Source: Paramecium tetraurelia
Taxonomy: Eukaryota
Direction: 5' to 3'
Assembly (NCBI GenBank): GCA_000165425.1
Contig: CT868032.1
Coordinates: forward strand, 62,001-126,000
Length of the DNA stretch: 64,000 nucleotides
Shown in pieces: positions 39,113 through 53,445 of the stretch. Made by a program: the position numbers and the translations under genes. The notes under the pieces were generated by a model. The model saw only the letters and a list, made by a program, of their open reading frames with translations. It was not told the DNA's origin and did no database searches. The first letter of the stretch is position 1. The number at the start of each line of letters is the position of its first letter.

Positions 39113-42100
39113 TCAAAATCTAATGATTTTAGATCCTTTCTACTCAAACAATATTTCTAATGACTTACCATCTTATTCTATAACTGTATCTGATAAAATA
39201 CAATTACTTGCCGATATTAAACTATCTCTCCCAAATATTCTATAGCAGTGGATGTAGTCTCCTTAATTGCTCATTTGATCTAAGTGTATCTCATGTATAT
39301 CTTTTGGAAACATAAGTTTAAAGAGTCTGATTGATCCATCTTCCATAGCCACTGCCATGTCTTTACCATTTGGAGATAATGTTATTTTTGAAATAATTTC
39401 AATAAAGCCTTTAATAATTTAAACAGTGGCTGATTATTTAATGCTCCAAAATCTTATAGTGTGATCTTAGGAACCAGATACTATAATTGAATTATCTTAA
39501 CAGATAGATAAGCATATTATTTCCCCTTCATGTCCTTTCAATTCATTATTTAATTTCAAACCTAAGGGATCACTATTTACATTAAATAAATTAATGTCAC
39601 TACCAATTGCAGCTGCTAGAAGATCGCTATTATTTATAAAAACAACTGAAGTAAAGTGATTGTTATAATTTCCTTCGACTTCTTTTTTTTCATCCGTGAT
39701 ATAATTCCAAAGAAATAAAGTTGATCCTCCGAATGCAATAATAGTTTACTATTACATTATTGAGAAAGCATCAAATTTGTGAAATTATTGTAAAGCCCTG
39801 AAAGATGGAGAACTTGCAAGATTGAGCTATTCCAAATAGTATAACTTTTCACCTTCCTCTCTATGAAGACTATAACAACAAATATCCTTAGTAAATCTAA
39901 ACTTAGCTAATTCTTCTTCATTAAAGTAAATAACTCGGGACAGAATTATTTTATCTAACTCACTGATATTCCAAAGCTTGAATATACCAATTTCACAAAT
40001 TGATATTAATAATTATTCATCTTTGGAAACTAGTAAATTAAGAATTCTTCTATCATTATTGATAGTTGCAATTCTTTTTAGAGAGTCAAAATCTTGGCAA
40101 TCCCTAAATTCAATTTTGTCATCATTATTATAAACCATAATCTTTTATTTAGGAAAGAATACAGCAATCGCAGTAAAGCCTATCGGAAGTTCAATAGTTT
40201 CATAATTATTAGAAACTTTAGATGTGTATGTTTCTAATAAAGTAGAATATTTTAAGGTTTTAACGTTCCATAAGATTAAATATTTAAAGTATACATTTTC
40301 TATTGCCTTTCTATTTGAGTGCCTTCTGTATTTATCAACAAAAAGTCCACCTTATCCTACACTAACACATAATGAAAGATCTGAAGAAAAACTACAATTT
40401 TTAAATTCAATTTTAGGCACAATTAAAGTTTTAATGTAGTATTCAGATCTTTAATTTTTCTCTTAGTAATATATGAGACAAGCTTTCAGTTTTCCTATTG
40501 CGTCTGTGAAATCTAATTTCTAAATTGTATTATTTGTTTGAAAAAAGATTTGAGATTCCTATTTTATAAACATTGTTGAGTAATCAAAATTATTGCATTT
40601 TATTGTCTTGAGCAATAGTAATTGTACCATATCTTCTTCTATACACAATTTCCAGCAAAACATCTATTCCTTATTTCCACAAAATAAAATTGATTTTTCC
40701 GAGTTCAAACTGAGAAAATTAAAAGGGTCTCTTGAGCTATTATCATTATATTTTAAGTTAATTGCTTAATTATAAGAAAAAAAATAATTCTATAAATTTA
40801 ATAAGTATAACTCTGCTTCTTGATTACTATAAACTAAATAATTTTGATCAAAACTAAAATCAGCAATTATACATTGTTAAATTGATTTTAATTAATTATA
40901 CTAATTTTCAGACTATTGATAAATAGTACATTCAAAGTTTAAATTTTGATCTTAAGTAATTACAACAAGTTTCTCGATATCTTTGCTAAAAAACACTTTT
41001 TAAATTGAATGGTCAGAATTATTTGGTAATTATATTTTTTATTTTTGACTGTCTTAATTTTTCAAATAATTGATTAATATGGAAGAGTTTTTATCAAATG
41101 AAATAATACATAAAATTGATTTTAAATTTATATCCTTTTTACTTTCTTATTTCCTTTCTGTTTGTTCAGATTAAACATCCAGATTATCAATTTTATCAGA
41201 TTATTCAATTTTTTCAGATTCATCATTATTATTTTCTATTTATTCAGGTTCTTTTAGATAGAAGAATTTCATGAGGATTATTTCTGCTTAATGGCATTTA
41301 AAAGAATGCTTTAAAGAAAATGGATCTATTTCATAAATTGATATTTCATTTAATTGATTAGCTACTGCCAAAAGCAAATCATCATCAGAAAATTATAATA
41401 AATTGATTTTGCTATGATATTGAATAGTTTTTATTGTTTCGATTGAAATTAATTCCACTAATCTTAAAATTTTATTGTCTTGACTATCGTTTAGTCCAAT
41501 AGCTAAATATTTGACATAATTTGATATTGTAAAACATTGAATATCAAGATTTTCTAGAACTAATTCTAACTGCGAAGTGGAAATATTTTAATCTTTTATC
41601 AAATGATTTACATCCCACAAATAGATTTAATTCTTAAAATTTGTATAATAAAATTTATCATCATCTGTAAAATATTGTAAAAAGTCACGAGGATCAAAGT
41701 TTATTTTTAGGCTGCAAAGCAATTCATCACCATCTAAAAGCCTAAATATTATGATTTAATTATCAACCGAAGACAATATTTTAGAGTCATTTGAAAATAG
41801 AAGATAAATGATTTCTTCTGTGTTAAACTATTTTAATTGTATCAATTTTGGTTCAGATGTTTACAGTAACTTCCCTAGAGTTAATTAATTTTGAGAGTCT
41901 ACAGAGCATATATATTTGAAATCTTATGATATTTAGTAAAGGCGTATTTCAATTTCACCATATTCATATAAAAAAACAGACTCTTCAATTTAATGATCTC
42001 TTTTCCAGATTTCTACAAAAGACAAATAATAATACTTTTGATCTATCTCTTTAAATGAGTTCAAGGATAAAGTAATGAATAGGTTATCGTTTGAGAATAA

Positions 42101-45100
42101 TTAGAATTTTAACAGAGCGCTTTTTATTATAAAATTATAGGAGTAGCATCCACAAGGGATGAATTAGAATTTAGACTTTTATAACGCTTAATTATATTAA
42201 ATATTCCATTATTGTATTTCTCCTCCTTGTGTTATGAGAAGACATTCTTAATTACGAGTAACTGAAAAGGAATGTATGTTATAATCAAACGTCTTTGAAA
42301 TTAATAAATTCTTATGCTCCATATCCCATAATTTAAGAGTTTTATCTAAGCTTCCAGAATATAACACCAAACTATCTGCTGAGAACACTATATTTGTAAT
42401 TTCCTTCTCATGTCCATCTTAATATATCTTGTTTAAGTTGGCATTTAAATTCCATAATCTTATCAATTTGTCATCACTGCCAGATGCCAATGTTGAATTA
42501 TCTTAAGATATTTAAACTACATTCCCTTTCTCTGAGTGAACTTGGAATTTAGCTACTACTTTTCTTGCCTTAAAATCCCAAAAATAAATGGTTTTATTAT
42601 TTCCACAACCAGCTAAGAATTTTGAATCTTAAGAGAATGAAATATTTAAGAAATTTACATTCTCTTCCAATTTATTGAATTCTTGGTGTGTTTTATTCTC
42701 ATAAATATAGATTTTTGGACCTGCAGAAAAAACAACATTTTTTCTGTCTTTAGATATAGCTATACAATCACAATCTTCCTTTATTTCATGATAATTATTT
42801 TCTATTTACTATCCAATCAAATCTCTAACTTTAAATGTTTTATACTCTATATAAGCTACTTTTGATTCATTTTGTAAAAGAACTAAATCTTTTAAACTGT
42901 AAGCATCACAAGCAACTATAGATTTAATAAACTTTCTAATAATCATATCAGTGAATTAGATTTAATTTTTATCAAAAATGTTAGCAAGATAGTTAAATGA
43001 TGTTTTAGGAAGAGCTGAGTTTATTTTCCCATATATTATTCCAATAGATTAAGGTTTATGAATGTCTTCTAAATTAAAAAGATGTATCTTTTAGCCTACT
43101 AATATTAAAATTTTGCCATAATTCGAAAATTATAAAGAACTATAATAATCTTTCTCGGTTTAAACTTAACCTATGATTTATTTTGATTTAATGTTGAATA
43201 TTGTAATTATCTAGTTATTCTGAGACACTATATTGCAGTTATCTGGGCTAAATTCAACAATTCCTAGGTGAGAGAATTCTTCAATAAGAAGATTTGATTC
43301 AAAATACGATAATTTCGACAACTATTGATTTCCGTATATTATATATTATGAGTTATTCGATATCGCAATTATACTTAAATCTTTATTATTAATAAATCTT
43401 TATTTGCCAGTCAGGGTTACAGCATAAACTTTTGAATTTGAAAGACTATAACTATCCAAAACCTTTGCCAAATATTTACCATCTTTTGAAAAAACAATAT
43501 GTTCATTGGATGATTTACTGTAATAGTCAATTAAAGTGAACCTATTATTTCCATCATTCCTCCAAATTTTTACTGATTCTAATTCTTTTGTATACAGATA
43601 TCCTTCATTAAAAAACATTTTCGCATAGAATGCAGATTTCAGATTTGGAATTAATTCTAGCAAATTGTTTGATTTGATATTCAAAGTATATATCCCAGAA
43701 GGAATAGTGACAATCAATCTTTCTTTATCTTAACAATATTAAACTGACTCAATGGTACCAGGAAGTGGAAAACTGAATTCAATTTTACAATTGCTTTATA
43801 TTTTCCACATTACTACTTTTTCTTTTATTCCACCAACGATATGTTGATCATCAGCTGAAAATTAAGTTTGAACATGCAAATTATCTGAACTCTCTAAAAC
43901 TCCTATATATTTAAAGTCATCAAATTAAATCACTCTACTCCTCTCAGAGCAAGTATACAGAATACCTTATATTTGATGTAAGCAAACTATTCTTTGCACA
44001 TCTTCGTTGTTTTTACTTTCTTAAGCAGCTAATAATTTGAGTTATGGGAAATTTGAAATGTCCCATAATTTCATAACGCTTTTTGCACTAATTAAATATT
44101 TTCCATCATATGTAAAACATAAGGATCTGATGTATTCACCTGTCTCAAATTAATATATTAATTAATTTGTCTCGAAATCCCAAAATTTAATATTCAATTC
44201 ATCACTAGAAGTAGCAAATATATTTTATTTTGGAGAAGATGCAATAGTTTTTATTGATGAATCAGCTCCTTTAAAAGTAACAATACTCTCGTCAGAAATG
44301 AATTTCCATATTTTTATATCTTCGTTATTATAGAATGCAACCCATAAACAATCATAAGAAAAGCAGATTTCTGGTGATATACTAAAATAATTGTACCGAC
44401 TCTAATCATTAATAGATTCATTTAAAGAATACAATTAATTTTAGCCAAAATCCCAAATTATTATTAACTTATCACTTATTGATGCCAAGGCTAAATATTT
44501 ATCATCATAAGAAAATACTATTGATGATATTTTACAGTCCAATTTAATTTCATACTTTTGATAAAATTTTAATTCTTCTTAAACCCAAATTTAAGTTTTT
44601 GAATCCTTACTAATGCTTGCAAAGAGGGAGGATTTATGAGAAAATGCACCTAATTGAAATTAATTATAATTTTTCTCGAATTCGATATTCCCATTGCCTT
44701 TCATAAATTCAACAATAAAATCACTGCTACCAGATTTCACAATTAATTAATCATTTTAAGAAATAGAAAATACTCTACCATATAGGGAAATATCATCAAT
44801 CGTTTTCAATTAAATTTTATTTAAACTTATTATTCCTAATTATCGATTATCTCCTTATATTTAATAAACTACTTTATCAAAGTCTTATGATATGGTTATA
44901 TTTTAAGAGTAGGAATTTTCAAAAGTTGCAATTAATTAGCATGTTTCCACTGACCAAAGTCTTAAACTTTTTGAATAATCTCCACTTAGTAATTTTTTTC
45001 CATTGCTAATGAATAAAAGCTCCTCTATTGAATAATCATTCTCAAAAGTCATGATTGGAGAATATGTAAACAATTCCCAAAGTATTATTTATTATTTATT

Positions 45101-48100
45101 ACCAGTAGCTATTAAATTTTCATCTGGTGAGAAATCAATGCAAGAACAGCCTGTAATTTAATATTATTATTCTTATTTATATATGTTGTTAATGTTTTAA
45201 ATTAATAATACATCTCCAATTTTATATATTGATTATTAATCATCTGAGGTGAATAATATATTTTCAATTCTATATTTAGTAGAAGTTAGAAGTAAATAAG
45301 GTTGGCTAATGTTTTCAATATTCCATACAGCTAAACCTTTAAAATCTGAACAATCGCAAACACAATAGAGTAATTCAAATGTTGAGTTCATTACTACATA
45401 TGTAATTTGAAAAGAGAATTCTATTTCAGTTGAGACTTTTTGTTCTTTTACATCCCAAAGTGTAACCTTTTTGTCTTCGCTTACTGAAGCCAACATTTCA
45501 CCATTCTAGAAAAATGAAATGAATTTTATCTCGCTTTCAGAGCTTTTTAAGGTAAATCCATCTTTTTAATTGAAATTAGATTTAATTAAATTTACATCCC
45601 AAAATTCAATAAAACCTAATTCATCAACAACAATTAATTCCTTATCATTTAACGACAATTGCATTTATATGATTTTTTCTTATCTCATAATTTGCTAATC
45701 TGATTTCTTGATACTTTTAAGATCAGTAATTGACCAAATCTCAATTATATTTTTATCACTGCAGATAAATACAAGTTAGTCGTCGCCCGAGAATACCAAG
45801 AATTTAGTTATATTAGATATTTCGCTTATTTCTCCCAATAACTAAAAATTTAACACATCCCAAAACTTTACAATTTTTTCAGAGTCTGCACTTGCTATTA
45901 ATTTACCATCATTTGAATATTAAATTATAACAACGCCACTTTTATGTCCTTATAACAATGGTTTTTCAGAGCATATCACACTCTTCCATCTAGCCTTCTC
46001 CAAATGAGCTTTGTCGAATAAACAAGAGTCAATAATTACCTCTTCGAAAATTGAATTCTAAGATCTACTATTAAGAGAGGATAATCCTTTAAGGGTGGTC
46101 TTTTTAATTTTTATCCCTGAAAAGTCTTACTCTCCTAGATATACTTATAAATGACTTAGAATACAAAAACTATTTGAAGAGACCACCTCAAATGTCAGAT
46201 TTGTAGATAATTTAACCATGGAAATTAATTTACGGATATTTTCATACTTAAGTTTTAGTTTTTGTTTCAGAATACTTAATGATCCAGAGTAATTTTCTAG
46301 TGAGATATTAAAGTCTTTATTGTTAAAGACAGAGGTTTCTAAATAGGTTTAGCTATTATAGGTGAGTTAATTATCTTTCAATTCAAGTTTATCAATTAAA
46401 TTATTGATGTGTTGTGCAACATAAAATTCTTATAAAGATTTATGATTAAAAGAATAGTTTTTCCCCTTCATATTAATCAATGCAGAGCTTCTAACAAGTT
46501 TTCTATATTCATCTTCCAAATCATCAAAATATTGCATTTTCCATTTGTCTTTATCTTTTTAATCAAAATAATGATTTTTCATTTGTAATTTTCCTTTTTA
46601 CTCATAATTGACTTATGTTATTTAATTAATAGTCATTTCTATTGCTAATGATTCTGAAAATTATACTAGATCTATTGTAAAACTATCTACATTTTCAACT
46701 TTCCCTAATTGTCTAAGTTTCTAGATTTATTATTCATGATAAAACTCTATAAAATTTTAATAGAATTCATAAATTGTAAATATCTTCATTTTAAATGCTG
46801 AAATCACAACCTTTAAATCATCATTACTTATATCTGCTAATTAATTGTTTAACAAAGAAATGTCAGTTATTGAATAATTTTCAAAAAATCTCTAGCTTTC
46901 CAATTTTTCAAGGATGATTTTTAGACATTTTAAATCTTATTGATACTCTTAATCTTGTTCATTCTGCTTTTCCTAAATTTTTGTTTCCTCTTTGATAGCC
47001 TGCTCATTTTTTTATTCTTAATATGAGAATTATAACAATAGTCTTTTTGATAAATTTTCTTTATTTTTCAATAGAAGGAAGTTATTTTGAAACATTTCCT
47101 TAACATCATTAGATCCTTTGTATTTTTTTGAAAGACTTGGCAGAGTTTAAACTACTATTTCTAGCATAAATGGAGTTTATAAGAAATGATAAATGTTTAG
47201 ATTCTCGATAGTTTTATTAAATAACTTTGCGCTCCATAATTCTTTAAGTTCTTTTTTTAAAATAATTAGCTAATTTTATTATACATATTGAAATGTAGGC
47301 TATTTTCTTATTACTTCCAAAATATTCTCAATTTATTCATCTAATAGTAACTTATCAGAATTTTCACAATTTTCCATATCTTAATATCCCAATTTATTTA
47401 AAATCTTATTCCAAATCTCTAAAAATTCTTGAACATTTTATTGTTATTATTTAACTTACTTGACAAAATCATATTATGATTTAATTCTTCTTTTAATACT
47501 TAATTTAACATAATGGTTGAGATAACATTCACTTTATTACTTATCAAAATTCATGATTTCAACTTCTTTGAATGTCATAAGACTTTCTCCATAAAACCAT
47601 GTCTAATATCCTAAACTTGTCAATATTTCTTTTCGGGTTGTTATTATAAATTTTACTTTTCTTCTTTAATTTATTTAATGAAGATCAAGTTCTTATATTA
47701 GTCTATTTGTTAATATTAAATTTGATTAAATACAATCTTATTTCATTTCGTCATAACTATCAAGTATCATTACGATTTGAATTTTATTGTTCTAAATTGC
47801 TTCTTTGAAATCTTTCAATTGTAACTTATCAAACCCATAATTTTCAGATTCAAGTGCTTGATCTACTAAATTAAACTTTGGATTTTTTAATTAAGGCAAT
47901 GAAATATAGATAGGAACCCAATCGTTTTAGTCTAAGTTTTATTTCCAAAGATACTCTTCTATCTTTCTAGCTGCTCTGCTTTTTCCTGAGCCAGCAAGAC
48001 CTTTAATCAACATTACATCTTTATTCTCTTCTTCATAAATAAATTAATTAACTTCACCTTCCCTTTCTTCTTTATTGTTTTATTTGACATCTTCAACAAG

Positions 48101-51100
48101 CAACTCAGAAAACTATGAACCTGAAATAGTATTTTAAACTTAACCTGTAACAGGATTGACTTCCTAAGTTTTTAATGGAATATACACAGAATCAAGTTCC
48201 AAGATATAGGCTTATTATAATACCTTTTCTTTTCTAATTTATAATAGCTCTTCATATTTTTTTCCTCGTAATTTTCTTACATCATTTCCAATCTCATTTA
48301 TTGATTCTTAAAGATCATCTATTTTCTTTTTTATTTATTTTACATTTTTTTATAGCTCTTTTAAAAAGATTAAAGTAATATCCAATTATTAAGACATTTC
48401 AGAAATATTATCAAGAAATTCCTCAAATTCCTCATATTGACTTGTTAACTGTTTCTACAATGTAATTCTATTGGATTAATTACTTTCAAAGCGAATTGCT
48501 TATTCAATTTCATCCATTTCCTTCAATCTTTAATTCATCTCATCTTTAATACTAGCAGATAAGGTTTTTAGATCATGAGAAAACAATATCTTTTACATTT
48601 CTATCATCTCTTTATTTTTTAGTAACGCTCTCACACTTTCATCTTTTTCTATCATCCATATTCTTTTTATATATTCTTGGCAAAGCAATAATAATTCTTT
48701 TTCAGGAATTTAAGATTAAATTTTCATTAAATGGAAAAGGAAACATTCTCGAACTATATAATCTTTACTCAAATCATAGAATTTTCTTTCCGAAACTATT
48801 TCTTAATTTAAATAATCTATTATTTCTTAGTATTCCTTATCTATCTTAACATTGATTTCTAAAGTTCCAAAATTATAACAAAAAATTGAGGCAAAATCTT
48901 TTAATGAAAAATTTATTTTATTTTTGAATTAATTATCGTCTGTCTATTATTTATTTATCATATTCTCAGTAAATTCATTTAACAATTTATCCAATTCTAA
49001 TTAATTTATTAATTTCTTTAATTATTGATTTAACATTTTCTAAAAAATGCTTTTGAAAATTATCTTCAGTTATATATATGAAACCCATGCAATTTTAATG
49101 AACATATTTAGATAATACTTCCATATTAATTATTATGTTGTTTAAATTTATTATTTATTTATTCCATTCTGTTAATTTTCTAGAAAGATGAATTAAATAC
49201 CCATTCTATAAAATACACTCTTTCTAATCTTGATCGATAGGATTCTCCTATGGATTATAATTCAATATTTAATTTTCTTTATATTACTGATATTTTTCTA
49301 ATATCTCCTTTTTGAATTAATCAGGATCTTATTAAGATGACAATTTAAATTTATAAAATGAATTATAAAGATAAGTTTATAGAATTAAAGCTTAACTTAC
49401 TTAGTCGGATTATTAATATGCAAAATTTATTATAATTTTATTTCTTAATATTACTATTTAATCTAGTATTCTTTAAATATCATTTTTATCCTAAAATTCC
49501 TTTTAAATTTATGTCTCAATATCTTTTTACTATTCTGAAATCAGTTCATTTATCGATATTTATTATTCTTAATCATTGTCTTATTATATAATGACTCTAC
49601 TCTATTTAATTTCTAAGGTGGATTTGAGATTTAACTCAAAATTTGTAAAAATATAAACTTTCTGCAGATATTAACCTTATGTAATTTTCATAATTTTGAT
49701 ATATTTCTAAATATTTTAGTTAAATTGTTATATTTCGTCAATTGTTTGAAAACTCTATTAAATAAGTCTCTCCTTAAACTCTTTATGGTATTCATTATTA
49801 TTAAATTAGAATTTATCCCTTTCGATAATATCTAAGAAAAAATCGTGCATGTTTTAATCTAATTATTCATTATATTATTTTAGAGATGACTAATTAAGTC
49901 TCCAAAAATTCTTAAATGATTATTGTTAAATATTCAGTTCTTATAAATATTTTTCTATTAAAATCTAAACATCTCTAAAAAATATACTCAACTCATTCTC
50001 TTGACTCTACATTTATTTTTCTTAAGATTTGATTTTTTCACCTTTAGATAACTTAGGTAGAGATTCGCTATTGTTGGCGATGAGGTCAAAAATTTAATTG
50101 TATTTTTTAGGTAAATCAATTTTTAACCAGTCATCATAAATTTTTTCAAGCTATTTCTATTGATCGTCAATCTAACTTAATAATTTATTTTTCTCTTTTT
50201 TATTTTAATTTTGTTTTTCTTATTCGTTTTAGTATTCATTCATTTTGGCTGATTCTTGGCAGATTTCCATCCTCTTTTTCTCAATAATCATAGTGAAATT
50301 TACTTCATTAAGCAAGTAGGAAAGTTTTAAAAGGGTAAAATCTAATTATTACACTTCTCCATCTTTATCTAATATAAGATCATATTTATTAACATTATTT
50401 TTAGTTTCTTTTTCTTAAGGAGTGGTTTGGAATGATTTTCCTAAACTTTCAGAATACTATATAGTGATCTTTTCTTTAATCTCTTTTAACAATAAACTTA
50501 AACGATTTAGCCTCTTCATCTATTCATCAGCACCCAATAATTCAAGTTGTTGTGATATAGTGGTTTTCTCTTGTGGTTTTTTTTGTTTTTAAAAGGTAAA
50601 ATTTACATAAAATTAAAAGAAATTTTATTTATTATAAAATTATTGATTTAATATAGCATTTTAAAAACTTTTGATCTTTTTCACCCCTAAATTAATTAAA
50701 GTTTGTTCGGATTCATAGTCTATGGACTTAAAGGAAAAATCATTATTTACTTTTCCGAGCAATTTATCATATGATAATACTTTTATAATATTTTGTTTAA
50801 TTAAATCATTCCATAATTATTTTGGTTGCAAGCTATTAAGAAACACACTTTTTGAAATAATTTACCTATATGCAATCAAATCTGAAATAGCATTTATCCA
50901 ACAAAAGTGTACTATCCAATTATCTGAATTCTATACATATTATTCATATCCTCGCTAGAGACTTTCTATTTATTTATTAAGTTCATTCTTTTCTTAAATA
51001 TTTTTTATGATATTCCATTTTAACAGAAAGAAGAAGTAATAGATCTAGTATGTTTGAATAGGAAAGCTATACTAATTAAATTTTTCAATTAACAAATATT

Positions 51101-51956
51101 TTGCAAAATCAAATAAGGCATTTGTAAAATCTTCACTTATTGAGAGTGATAATATAGAAGAAAAAGCAGAAGATGCAATAGATATTAATTTATCTTATTA
51201 TTCCTTTGAATTTGTCTTACTATTTATTAAGACTATTTTTATCAAAGTGATTTAAAATTCCAATCCCCTTATCCAAAAATTTTTATGAATTTCAAGATCA
51301 TTTTTGATAATATCAATCTCTGTTAATAAATCGCCATGCATTTCAACTGTAAGATAACGGCTATCATCATTTAGTTAATAGGTATAAATTATCAATAATA
51401 AATCATTACAAACTTCTAAAACATAATAGCAAAGACATCCTGAACCCCTTAAATAAACAGGTATTACTGAAATAAGCTGTCTAAATGAATTTAATGCGAC
51501 ATCATAAAGCATCAATATCAAGTTGTCATTTTTGCAAATTTCACAAATCCAATATCTATTATCAGAAAACCATTATATTGACATCATTAATTCATTTCTT
51601 GAAAAACCATCCGAAATTTAATCACATTTATCTATAAGTATTTGGCAATTTTATTTCATTGTTGATTAGTAGTTAATAGGAATTGTGATTGACATCTGAC
51701 TTTTTTTTTTGGATCCTCCACATCCTCCTCCTCTGAGGGATGGGGATGGATGTTATTTATTTAAATATCTAACTTTATCAAATTTCATTTCAAGAATCCG
51801 TTCATGAATTTCATTAGTACCCAAACATTTCATTAAAAGCTATGAATTGGAAGAAGACTAGCTGCTTAAATTATTTCCCACTTTAGCTCCAGTTATTTGC
51901 TACAACAAATAAAAAATCATATTAAATTTTTTTTAATATTCAGGGGCTGAAATCAT
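39113..51956 (-). CDS. Giant (~4270 aa) NLR-like STAND protein: helical N-terminus, NACHT NTPase, pentapeptide-like segment, very long WD40 array
   Basis: Walker A VMLIKGLAGSGKS (47978-48001); WVPIYISLP; Walker B MILDSYDE; IITTRKE; LQTPFML; SFNHKSIQEF; DFSGIKIKKTTLKG..FDKAHLEKARW; GH..LASGSDDKLIRLW-type WD40s from ~45960 to ~39300; one frame break near 48975-49050; start codon uncertain. Confidence 0.85.
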
Positions 51957-52469
51957 TTTATTTCCTTAAAATCTAGCATTATTAATTAATTTGATTAGTA
52001 ACGACAAAATTATTCATATAAATTGAAAAAATTAATTTAATTCAAAATTTGAAGGATGAAGGATGAAGAATCAAACCATTAGGATAATAATATGCAAAGT
52101 ATTGGTTATGCCAAATTAAACCAAAATAATTTTTTTCTTAACCAATTAAATTTATCTTAGCAAAAAATTCAACACTACTAAATATATGTTTCAATTATAT
52201 ATGGAGCAACTGAATGCATTTAGAATTTCCATATTTGAAATAATAATTATGATATAAGAAATATATTAATAAAATAATAGAGGGGATTCTTATATGGTCA
52301 TGTCATTGAACTTACTTAAAAATAATCAATGATTAGAAATATAATCATATATTAATATTGAACAATTATAAACCTAATAGTTTAATTAATAGATATTTAA
52401 TTGCTCTAAGCAATATTAATATAAATGGTTTGCATAATTTAAATAATATTAAAATATATGAATATAAAA

Positions 52470-53150
52470 ATATTAAACTCCAGATCTTTCGGTATTTTGA
52501 AGAGGATATATATTTATCTAACTGAGAATTCTACTTATTAACCTCTCACCTCTTATAAGCAGATTATGTGTGGACAGTGTGTTTGTAGTATAGATAAGGT
52601 ATTCTTTTTGATGTTCCAGTTAACTACATTTAATTGTGTTTATATATTTGTAACATTCATGGAGGGGGTGTTTAAACTTTGATTTCTCATATTTGCTTCA
52701 TTATTTTTGTCTCCGATGAAATTGGATTTCCTTTGGTTAAAATGATAAATAATTATGAACTTTAAAATTATTAACTTATTAGATAAAAGATCGTTTTATT
52801 ATATCTTACTTCCTCTTTAATGCTGTTAAGCGATAAAATCGATACCATCCCTAAATTCTATTTCTTAAATTTTTTAAATTTATTACATAATGATGTAAAT
52901 CGATTTACAAAAGTGTTTTACAATATTTTATCTCTATCCTGTTTCAATTCACGTTTAATATTAGCCTTTTCATTATTAATAATTTTTTCATCCTTTTTGT
53001 ATTATTGGTTTATTTATTCAAATGTGGATTGAAATATTTTAGAAATTTAAACCATCCAATGAGTTGAATCATTTAGGTATTTGATTACTTATATTTTTTT
53101 ATGAAAGATTTATGTTCATTAATGATGAAATGATGGTGTTTATCTGAATT
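52470..53150 (-). mobile_element. Degenerate non-LTR retrotransposon remnant (N-terminus of an APE-type endonuclease)
   Basis: QLNVVNWNIKKNTLSILQTHCPHIICLQEVRG (52541-52636) matches EEP/APE motifs I (xWNx) and II (DIICLQE), with the linker shortened; the frame degrades on both sides; outer boundaries approximate. Confidence 0.55.
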
Positions 53151-53174
53151 GAAATTTTATTAATGAAAAAAGTA

Positions 53175-53445
53175 GAATGATTAATAGCAAATAATTTATT
53201 AGAATAACTCAAATAAATTACAATAATTATGAACTTTGAATGAAAAACGTAAATAAATGATAAGAATATACAAATAAAATTAATTTGATAATATGAATTA
53301 TGAATAATAAATAGTAAATAAATGATTAGAATAAATCAAATAACTGATTACAATAATTATGAATTTAGAATAAATAGTAAATTAATGATTAGAATAAATT
53401 AAATAAATAATTATAATAATTATGTATTTAGAGTAATAAATAGTA
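53175..53445. repeat. Degenerate AT-rich minisatellite, ~60-63 bp unit, ~4 copies
   Basis: Recurring AAATAGTAAA(T)AATGATTAGAATAAAT(C/T)AAATAA..TTA(C/T)AATAATTATG(A/T)ATTTAGA. Confidence 0.7.

Noticed and set aside
53175..53445. CRISPR-like interpretation of the repeat
   Set aside because: Eukaryotic context, contiguous degenerate units without unique spacers, and no cas genes
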